This document shows positions 24,087 through 33,820 of a DNA stretch of 64,000 nt, in pieces. A program made the position numbers and the translations under genes. Every line of letters begins with the position of its first letter. The first letter of the stretch is position 1. This stretch comes from Malacoraja senta (lineage: Eukaryota), in NCBI GenBank assembly GCA_038087875.1, contig JAXLNO010004385.1, forward strand, positions 62,001 through 126,000, in the 5' to 3' direction. The notes beneath the pieces were generated by a model. That model saw nothing but the letters and a program-made list of their open reading frames with translations. It made no database searches and was not told where the DNA came from.

Positions 24087-24901
24087 CTGTTCTACAACGT
24101 GGGTATCAGTAAATTGTCTGGCAACGTGCCTCTTAGATGGAACCAGTGGGTAGGAAGTGCAAGTGAAAGATAAATATTGTACCAGTGTCCTTTATCCACA
24201 GTCATATAGATATTCAGGAAATGGAGGAATATGTATCTTGGTCTTATGTTTAGCACCGACCTTGTGGCCTGAAGGGTCTGTTGCTGAACTGATCAGAAAC
24301 CCAATCAGATTCTCTATTTGCCTCTATTACTCCTTGGGATGGTGACATTCAATTTCCAACAGTTCTCTATTTGAAGAACTTCTTCCTCCCATTCCCTCTT
24401 GGAATATTTAGTGTTATTATTCAGCAGAGATTCATGAACAGGTAGAAGCAATCATGTCTACAGTATCAATCCCAATGGTGAGTTATACTCCTCCATTGGG
24501 CCTGCATTCCCCTTTCATCTGTGCTGTCAGTTAAAGTCTGGAGCTAAGATAAGGAGCATGTCAGTGATATTAAAGCTAAATGTTTTGTTGTTTTGCCAGA
24601 AATGCAAAATGAAAAGAGAAAAGGCTGTAAACTTTGTGCAAGATAGAACTGCAGATGCTGGTTTACACTGAAGATAGAAGATGTTGGTGTAACTCAGTGG
24701 GTCAGATAGCATCTCTGGGCATTCCTTCTCTCCAGAATGCTGCCTGACCTGCTGAGTTATTCCAGCATTTTGGGTCTAGGCTGAAAACTTAGTTCAGCCA
24801 GAGAAAAAACTCTGATTGGGAAAGTGGTGAGTTGCAGTGATCTTACAATTGAAGGCTTTTGTTCATGTCTTCACTGATTCTGACTCTTCTTACACTTGCA
24901 G

Positions 24902-25174
24902 AAACCCCTGAGGTGTTTATTGGGATTAAACGTGATGGGTCGCAATCACTGAGACTCTCCTGCCTTGTCACAGGCTTCTAGCCACGGGCCATCGATGTAA
25001 CGTGGCTGAGAGATGGTGAGGGGGTCCATGAGTCTGAATCCAGTGATCTGTTGCCCAATTGGGATGGGACTTACCAGCTGAAGAATACAATTCAACTGAA
25101 TAGAGAAGATGTGGCAAAATTCTCCTGTTACATCGAACATGCAACTCTGCTGCAGGGAGTCAATGTTCCACAGG
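24902..25174 (+). CDS. MHC class I-like exon 4 (alpha3 C1-set Ig domain, 273 nt) with in-frame TAG
   Basis: Acceptor TTGCAG and donor G|GTAAGT. Translation: ETPEVFIGIKRDGSQSLRLSCLVTGF*PRAIDVTWLRDGEGVHESESSDLLPNWDGTYQLKNTIQLNREDVAKFSCYIEHATLLQGVNVPQ. Confidence 0.93.
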
Positions 25175-25267
25175 GTAAGTGGCAAGTCAATGAGGCTGAT
25201 CACTTGAGACCATAAACCTCCTGGACTGAGATAACAGTCTCAACTCACACTCTTAACTAAGCTGTGG

Positions 25268-25900
25268 ATTTAGACTTTAGGCTTTAGAGATATGCTGCAG
25301 ATACAGGCCCCTCAGCTCACTGAGTCCTCGCTGAATAGTGATCAACCCATACATTTACACTAACCTACACAGTACGGACAATTTACAATTTTACCTAAGC
25401 CAAGTAACCTACAAACCTGTATGTCTTTGTAGTGTGGGAGGAAACCCACGCAGTCACAGGGAGAACATACAATGTCCTTGCAGACAGCACCTGTAGTCAG
25501 GATCAAACCCAGGTCTCTGGTGCAGTAAGGCAGCAGCTCTACCGCTACGCCACTGTGCCACCCATTATTAATTTGTGGTTATCTAATTGCTCATAATTAT
25601 TGATAGTCAATGGAATGTGGTTTTAGTTTAAGAGATACAGCACAGAAACCGGCCCTTCAGCCCACCGAGTCTGCGTCAACCAGCGATCCCTGCACACTTA
25701 CATTATCTTACTTATTAGGGGACAATTTACAATTATACCAAGCCAATTAACCTACAAACCTGTATGTCTTTGGACTGAGTGAGGAAACCGGAGATCCAGG
25801 CAAAACCCACGCAAGTCCCGGGGAGAAGGTACAAAACTCTGTACAGACGGGACCCGTAGTCAGAATTGAACCGGGTCTCTGGCGCTGTAAGGCAGCAGTT
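25268..25900 (-). mobile_element. Two adjacent V-SINE copies (about 25268-25560 and 25621-25900)
   Basis: Tail/V-domain/head order occurs twice on the minus strand. Confidence 0.78.
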
Positions 25901-26368
25901 CCACCTAGTGGGCAAAGCAGAGCCAAATGGAATACAGTGTAGCAAGTGTCTGGTTTTACATTTTGGCAGTCGGAATAAAGACATAGACTATTTTCTAAAT
26001 GGGGAGAGAATTGAGAAACCTGAGCTACAAAGTGGGAGTACTAGTGCAGGATTCCCAAATAGTTCATTTGCAGATTGAGTCAGTGGTAAGTAAGGCAAAT
26101 GCAATGCCAGCATTCATTTCGGGGGGCGTAGAATATAAAAACAATGATATAATGCTGAGGATTTATCGGGCACTGGTGAAGACACATTTGGAATATTGTG
26201 AGCAGTTTTGGGCTCCATATTAGAAAGGATGTGCTGGCTTTGGAGAGGGTCGAGAGGATGTATGTCCTGGGGATGATTGATTTAACGTATGAGGAGTGTT
26301 TGAAGTCTCTGTGCCTGTGCTCATGGGATTTAGAAGGATGAGGTGGGAATCTCATTGAAACCTACCAG

Positions 26369-28065
26369 CAGGGCCGGATTTAGATGAAGAGAGGCCCTAA
26401 GCTGTTCCACTTGTGAGGCCCCCCCCCAATCCCCCACCCCCACGACCAGAGGAAGATGGTCCACCAGATTGACACCGATTTGCAGCCGAGCGTGGCCAAT
26501 GAGATAAGGGGCTGGAAAGCTGGGCTTTATTTATTTATTTATTGCCACTGCTAGTGTCGAGTTATTGGCTTAAAACACTATTATTCTGAAATGGAGGGCA
26601 AGGAAAATTACTGAAGTGTTGTTTAGAGACTACAGTGCATTGTGACAGCATATGTAAGAAAGGCCTATGACAGTGTCAAAAATATTATACACCTTGCAGG
26701 GCTCTCACTTAATTTTTTTTCTCTGTTGTCAGCCGGGCAACCTTGGTAGCTTTTTAAGTTGCCAAATGACAGTTTAGGTGGTTATTTAAGATGGCTTGCA
26801 TGACACGTGCGATAATGTGCTCGGACGACCAGTCAGAATTATGCTCAATGAAGCATTCACATATTATTTCTGCTTCAAATAAAGCCACAAACTAAACATA
26901 TTCACCAATCAGGACATGATATATACCACAATGACATGCAGCACAATTATAATACTGTATCTTAACTCTTTTTACACGTTGCAATGAATGCAATTTCTAT
27001 TATTTCTTTCCACTTCCAAAAAAAAATGTGGTTGGATTATTCAGCGTATGATCAACCTCGGTGAGACCAAGTGCAGGCTTGGCGATTGCTTCGCACAACA
27101 CCTCCACTCAGTTCGCAATAACCAACCTGATCTCCCGGTGGCTCAGCACTTCAACTCCCCCTCCCATTCCGAATCTGACCTTTCTGTCCTGGGCCTCCTC
27201 CATGGCCAGAGTGAGGCCCACCGCATATTGGAGGGGCAGCACCTCATATTTGCTTGGGTAGTTTACACCCCAGCGCTATGCACATAGGCTTCTCTAATTT
27301 CAGGTAGTCCTTGCTTTCTCCCTCCTTCCCCTCCCATTCCCAGCTCTCCCACAGCCTACTGTCTCCGTCTCTTCCTTTATTTTTCATGTCATTCCCCCCC
27401 CCCCCCCGACATCAATCTGAAGAAGGGTCTCGACCCGAAACATCGTCTATTCCTTCGCTCCACAGGTGCTGCCTCACCCGCTGATTTTCTACAGCTTTTT
27501 TGTCTACCAATGGGATCCCACAACTGGCCACATCTTCCCATCTCCTCCCCTGTTGGCTTTCCATAGAGACCGCTCCCTCCATAACTCCCTGGTCAATTCA
27601 TCCCTTCCCACCCAAACCACCCCCTCTCCTGGCACTTTCCATTGCAACTGCAGGAAATGCTACACTTGGCGTTTTAATTAAGTTCAAGACAATGGGGCTG
27701 TACATTGGCCATAAGGTTGCTGCCTAAAAGTGCCAGAGACCTGGAATTGATCCTGAATATGGGTGTTGTCTGTTTGGAGTTTGCTCCTTTTCACTTTGAT
27801 CGCATGGGTTTTCTTCGGGTGCTCTTGTTTCCTTCCACATTCCAAAGGTGTGCAGGAACCTATTTCAGAACCAACCCTAAACGTAATATTTCCCTTTTGT
27901 CCAGAGATTCTGTCTGACCTGTTGAGTTACTCCAGCTTTGTGTGTCTATCTTCAATTTAAACCAGCATTTGCAGTTCCTTCCTACACACACGATACTATA
28001 CGATAGAACTTTATTAATCCCAGGAGGGAAATTGTGTGTGTGTGCGTGTGGGTATATATACTATG

Positions 28066-28097
<32 letters not shown>

Positions 28098-29889
28098 CAA
28101 TACAATTACAATACAATTTTATTTGTCTTTTGGACAAATTTGTCATTTGGACCCCGTTGAGGTCCAAACGAAATGTCGTTTCTGCAGCCATACATTACAA
28201 AACGAAGAAGACCCGAGACACAACACAATTTACACATACATCCATCACAGCGCTGTGATGGAAGGCAAAAAAACGTATCTCTCCACTGCACTCCCCCCCC
28301 CCACCCCCCCGATGTCAGAGTCAAAGTCAAAGCCCCCGGCGGGCGATGGTGATTATCCCGCGGCCATTAAAGCCACGCCGGTTAATGCAGGGTCGCGCAC
28401 CGCGTCTTGGTGTTAGAGCCCCGGCGCGCGCTCGCAAAGTCCGGCGGCCATTCCAAGCCGCGCGGGGCGGTGATGTAAAGCTCCCCTCCAGGTGCTCTTC
28501 AACCCCGCAACTCGGGCGGGAGAAGTCGCCGCTGCGGATGCCCCGAAAAGCGGTGTCCCACCAGGGGACCCACGGGCTTCCGGTGTTGCCGTCCGCCAGA
28601 CCCGCGGTTGTAGCCTCCGAATCTCCGGGGGTCGGGTAGCAGCAGCGATTGTCTCCACCACAGCTATAAATATACACCGTTTTGTTTTCTCGTTTATAAC
28701 ATTGTTTACAGAGTACTATGTTTACATATTCTGTTGTGCTGCTGCAAGTAAGGATTTCATTGTTCTAACTGGGACATGAGAGAATAAACTCTTGACTCTT
28801 GACTTACTTCGCTAATGTGTGGGAAAGAACTAGTGTACGGGTGATCAATAGTCGGCGTGGACTCGGAGGGCTGAAGGGCCTGTTTCCACGCTGTATCTTC
28901 AAATTAAGCTAAAGACACTAAAACCAGAGGGAGTCTAAAGAAGTGTATCTACCCGAAACGTCACCCAATTTCTTCTATCCTGAGTTGCTGGCTGCTCCAT
29001 GGAGTTCCCCCGCACAATTAAAGCATGGAATAGTCTTCACCCTACCATAGTTACCCAACCAGACGCAACTAAATTTAAGGTACCTCTTTTTTCCCCAAGA
29101 ACCCTTTTTTGCTTAAGTCCAAGTCAAGAGTCAAGAGAGTTTTATTGTCATGTGTCCCAGATAGGACAATGAAATTCTTGCTTGCTGCAGCACAACATAA
29201 TATGTGAACATAATACAGAACAGGAGATAAAAGTTCAGTGTGTTTATATACCATAGACCATATATATACACAATAAATAAACAGATAAAATGCAATAGGC
29301 TGTTATTGTTCAGCCCTCTACCACCTCCAGTTTAAATTCCTTTTAGAATATTTATGGAGGATCAGGAAACCAGAAGCGAGAGTTACTCCAGGGAGATACT
29401 CCTGATCCAGGGTCAGGGAGTGATTCTGTGTTAGTTTTCAGCGGTTGCGGCGAGGCAGCAATGGCGGCCAAATCTCCCACAATTCAAAGCGAGGGAGAAA
29501 GTGCCCAGCCCCGACCAGTTGCCGTGGCAGTGCGCATGCGCAGGGCGGCCGATGACGTGCGGGCTGTGGTTGTGCGCATGTGCAGGGGAGGACGTGCTGG
29601 CCGTAGCAGTGTGCATGTGCAAGGCGGCCGGCCGTGCCGGCGGATGAGGAGCGAGCGGAGAACGGAGACCCGGACACGGAGAGTGACAGACGGAGATAGA
29701 GATAGAGAGGGGGGCCACCCCGCCCAGAGTTGAACGGCTGGTGTCCTGCCTTGGCCGGAGGCCCCCTATATTTCAGGGCCCCAGGCTTCACCCTATGAAG
29801 CCTAGTGGTAAATCCGGCTCTGCGAGCCCCTCCTAGATCTCCAGGCCCTAAACTGAAGCTTGTCCATCTTATATGTAAATCCGGCCCTG
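26369..29889. mobile_element. Non-autonomous hAT element (3.5 kb) with nested retroelements, inserted into a CR1 fragment
   Basis: TIR CAGGGCCGGATTTA (26369-26382) / TAAATCCGGCCCTG (29876-29889); 8-bp TSD CCTACCAG at 26361-26368 and 29890-29897. The CR1 frame NLIETYQ|IMK is restored on excision. Confidence 0.92.
27050..27690 (+). mobile_element. Penelope-like element fragment nested in the hAT
   Basis: GETKCRLGDCFAQHL...DLSVLGLLH (GIY-YIG C-terminus) and a hammerhead-like terminus at 27417. Confidence 0.8.
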
Positions 29890-31250
29890 CCTACCAGATA
29901 ATGAAATGCCTGGTTAGTTGATGGGAAAGGAAGTTTTCAGTAATGGGAGAGTCTAGCACAGCCTCACAATAAAAATACCTACCTTCCAATATGGAGATGA
30001 GGAGGAATCTCTTTAGTCACAGGGTGGTGAATCTGTGGAATTCATTGATACAAACAGCTGTGTGGGTCAAGTCATTGCATATTTTTCAAGCAGAGATTGA
30101 TAGGTTCTTGATGAGTACGGGTGACAAAGGTTACAGGGAGAAGGCTAGAGAATGGGATTTAGCGGTAAAAAATAGATCTGCTATGACTGAATGGTGGAGT
30201 AGACTCAATGGACTTGAAAGGCATAATTCCGCTCCAATATCTTATGGTCAAAATAATTCTTATGTCACCCTTAACTCACCCATCCAAATGTAGGAACAGT
30301 GGAAGCAAGATAGGCTGATCCTGGACAAGGTCTCTTATCTTCTTCCTTGGGCATCTAGCTAATTTTCTGATAGTAGCTAGTTACACAAAAGACCAATAGT
30401 GGTGCCATATTATCAGGCTGAAGTAGCAGCACCTGTTCTGTAGCTGACTTATTTGTTCCAGACAAGACCTCTGCAAAGATCTTCACACCAGGGCCAAGCT
30501 GACATGGTTAAGATTGCTGGTCAGTACAAATAGACAGTAGTGTTAATGTCTGTGTGTGCCTATGTGTGTGTGTGTGGGCTCATGTGTGTGAGACAGTGAG
30601 GGGGAGAGAGAGAGAAAGAGAGAGCATGTGTATGTGAGAAAATTAAACTCAGATATCATTGAAATATCAGCAAAGATTAAAACCTTTGAAGTTTTATCAA
30701 CTATAAATGGGTTCACTTTTATTTGCTATAATAACAATCAACATAAGAAAATGGCCTTGTTGACCTCTACACTGTAAATAGTCATATATTTCTGACGTAC
30801 TTGATTCTTTAAATTCTTAATTAAATGCTGCAGATAAAATCTCAATACCTCAATGCTAATATGAACTTAATGATTTTTCATTGATCATTTTAAGCACATC
30901 CATCCTCTGTATAAATACTTAAATCTAAAACTTTATTACTTTTTAATTAGATATGAACAGTGCTACTTTAATTTAGATAATAAAATCATTACAATGTTGT
31001 TATTGATCACTAAATGTTTAAAATGCACTATACAGTGGCTTGCAAAAGTTTTCATACCCCTTGAACTTTTCCACATTTTGTCACGTTACAACCACAAACG
31101 TAAATGTATTTTATTGGGATTTTATGTGATAGACCAACACAAAGTGGTGCATAATTGTGAAGTGGAAGGAAAATGATACATGGTTTTCAAATTTTGTTAC
31201 AAATAAAAAACTGAAAAGTGTCGCGTGCAAAAGTATTCAGCCCCCCTGAG

Positions 31251-32272
31251 TCAATACTTTGTAGAACCACCTTTCGCTGCAATTACAGCTGCAAGTCTTT
31301 TGGGGTATATCTCTACCAGCTTTGCACATCTAGAGACTGAAATTTTTGCCCATTCTTCTTTGCAAAATAGCTCAAGCTCAGTCAGATTGGATGGAGAGCA
31401 TCTGTGAACAGCAATTTTCAAGTCTTGCCAGAGATTCTCAATTGGATTTAGGTCTGGACTTTGACTGGGCCATTCTAACACATGAATACGCTTTGATCTA
31501 AACCATTCCATTGTAGCTCTGGCTGTATGTTTAGGGTCGTTGTCCTGCTGGAAGGTGAACTTCCGCCCCGGTCTCAAGTCTTTTGCAGACTCTAACAGGT
31601 TTTCTTCCAAGATTGCCCTGTATTTGGCTCCATCCATCTTCCCCCATCAACTCTGACCAGCTTCCCTGACCCTGCTGAAGAAAAGCATCCCCACAGCATA
31701 ATGCTGCCACCACCATGTTTCACAGTGGGGATGGTGTGTTCAGGGTGATGTGTAGTGTTAGGTTTCCGCCACACATAGCGTTTTGCATTTAGGCCAAAAA
31801 CTTCAATTTTGGTCTCATCTGACCAGAGCACCTTCCTCCACATGTTTGCTGTGTCCCCCACATGGCTTGTGGCAAACTGCAAACGGGACTTCTTATGGGC
31901 TTTTTTCAACAATGGCTTTCTTCTTGCCACTCTTCCATAAAGGCCCGATTTGTGGAGTGCACGACTAATAGTTTTCCTGTGGACAGATTCTCCCACCTGA
32001 GCTGTGGATCTCTGCAGCTCCTGCAGAGTTACCATGGGCCTCTTGGCTGCTTCTCTGATCAATGCTCTCCTTGCCCGGCCTGTCAGTTTAGGTGGACGGC
32101 CATGTCTTGGTAGGTTTGCAGTTGTGCCATACTCTTTCCATTTTCGGATGATGGATTGAACAGTGCTCCGTGAGATGTTCAAAGCTTGGGATATTTATTT
32201 ATAACCTAACCCTGTTTTAAACTTCTCCACAACTTTATCCCTGACCTGTCTGGTGTGTTCCTTTGGCTTCAT
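31251..32272 (-). pseudogene. Tc1 transposase, nearly intact
   Basis: MKPKEHTRQVRDKVV...GRPPKL...WSDETK...QQDNDPKH...SPDLNPIE (34 residues between D and E)...GGSTKY*. There is one premature TAA (codon 26) and one frameshift in a G5 run near 31641-31645. Confidence 0.93.
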
Positions 32273-32348
32273 GATGTTGTTTGTTCACTAATGTTCTCTA
32301 ACAAACCTCTGAGGCCTTCACAGAACAGCTGTATTTATACTGAGATTA

Positions 32349-32705
32349 GATTAATAATAATAATAATAATAATGGATGGGATTTATATAGCGCCTTTCTA
32401 ATACTCGGCGCTTTACATCGCATTATTCATTCACTCCTCAGTCACACTCGGTGGTGGTGAGCTACTTCTGTAGCCACAGCTGCCCTGGGGCAGACTGACA
32501 GAAGCGTGGCTGCTAATCTGCACCTACGGCCCCTCCGACCACCACCAATCACTCACACACATTCACACACATTCACACGCAGGCAAAGGTGGGTGAAGTG
32601 TCTTGCCCAAGGACACAACGACAGTATGCACTCCAAGCGGGATTCGAACCGGCTACCTTCCGGTTGCCAGCCGAACACTTAGCCCATTGCGCCATCTGTC
32701 GTCCC
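32349..32705 (-). mobile_element. tRNA-derived CORE-like SINE with (ATT)n tail nested in the Tc1 5' region
   Basis: tRNA-like head (GGTTCGAATCCC B-box), CORE-like GTGTCCTTGGGCAAGACACTT, L2-like tail TGTAAAGCGCC...GGCGCTATATAAAT, 7-bp TSD GAGATTA (32342-32348; 32706-32712). Confidence 0.85.
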
Positions 32706-33023
32706 GAGATTACACACAAGTGGACTCTATTTACTAATAAGGTGACTTCTGAAGGCAATTGGTTGCACTGGATTTTATTTAGGGGTATCAGAGTAAAGGG
32801 GGCTGAATATTTTCGCACGCGACACTTTTCAGTTTTTTATTTGTAAAAAAATTTGAAAACCATGTATAATTTTCCTTCCACTTCACAATTATGTGCCACT
32901 TTATGTTGGTCTATCACATAAAATCCCAATAAAATACATTTACGCTTGTGGTTGTAACGTGACAAAATGTGGAAAAGTTCAAGGGGTATGAATACTTTTG
33001 CAAGCCACTGTATATGCCAACAG

Positions 33024-33244
33024 AGAGGGCAGTGAAAGAAGATATGAAGATTAGGATCGTGACTGGAGCTGTAATTGTTCCTCTCATTCTCCTGGGGATC
33101 ATCCTTGGAATTGGTTGCTGGAAGAAGAGGAAAAAGAGAAAACCTTTCAATGAACAGGTACCAGCTGACAACAGCAGAGACCAGGAGAGGACCATGAAGC
33201 ACAATCAGCTTCCTTTGGGATGCAGAGGAGGTCTACCGGAATGA
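33024..33244 (+). CDS. MHC class I-like exon 5 (connecting peptide, TM, cytoplasmic tail)
   Basis: Acceptor CAACAG, phase 1. Translation: ERAVKEDMKIRIVTGAVIVPLILLGIILGIGCWKKRKKRK... (hydrophobic TM plus basic stop-transfer). The 3' end is uncertain: read-through to TGA 33242-33244, or a donor after 33157. Confidence 0.8.
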
Positions 33245-33814
33245 TGCCTGGATTAGTGGGGTATTAGCCACAGGGAGAAGTTGGACAGACTGGACAGTTG
33301 GATTGTTTTCTCTGGAATGTCGGGGATTGAGGGGAGACCTGACAGTAATATATCAAACTGGGAGGAGTAGAGATAGGGTAGACCATCAGACTTTTTACCC
33401 AGGAAGGAAATATCAAATAAGAGCAGGTATTGCTTTACAATGAGTGGCAAAGTTAAAAAAAGATGTGCAGGACAAGTGTTTTACGCCAAGGGTGGTGAGT
33501 GACTGGAATGTGCTGCTGGAGGTGGTGGTGGAAGCAGATATGATAGTGGCATTTAAGAGACTTTTAGATAGGCACATGTATATGCAGGGAATGGATGGAT
33601 ATGGATTATGTGCAAACAGATAACAATTGGTCTTGGCATCATGTTCGGCACAAACATTGTGGGTCAAAGGGCCTGTTCTTGTGCTGTACTGTTCTATGCT
33701 CTTTATTGTATCAATGCTGACTGATGACTTTACATTCAGCCATTAATTTTTCAAATGCTGTCTTCACTGCAGTTACCCTGTGATTCCAAAGTCATACATT
33801 GCGCCACATTTTGG

Positions 33815-33820
33815 AATAAA
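33815..33820 (+). terminator. Candidate polyadenylation signal of the MHC gene
   Basis: AATAAA followed by T/G-rich sequence about 570 nt after the TGA. Confidence 0.35.

Larger units (their letters stand above)
31033..33010 (-). mobile_element. Tc1 (DD34E) transposon with IR/DR-type long TIRs, Passport-like
   Basis: TIRs of about 213 bp (31033-31245; 32798-33010) begin CAGTGGCTTGCAAAAGT and have inner direct repeats. TA TSD at 31031-31032 and 33011-33012. Confidence 0.96.
17427..33244 (+). pseudogene. Non-classical MHC class I-like heavy chain gene with a nonsense codon in alpha3 (probable pseudogene or null allele)
   Basis: Five exons with AG/GT boundaries join in phase 1 to give leader-alpha1-alpha2-alpha3-TM/cyt. 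There is an in-frame TAG at 24979-24981. Confidence 0.85.

Noticed and set aside
32969-33244. 91-aa ORF starting inside the Tc1 TIR
   Set aside because: Its N-terminal part is TIR sequence that happens to be in frame with the TM exon. There is no evidence for a chimeric transcript.
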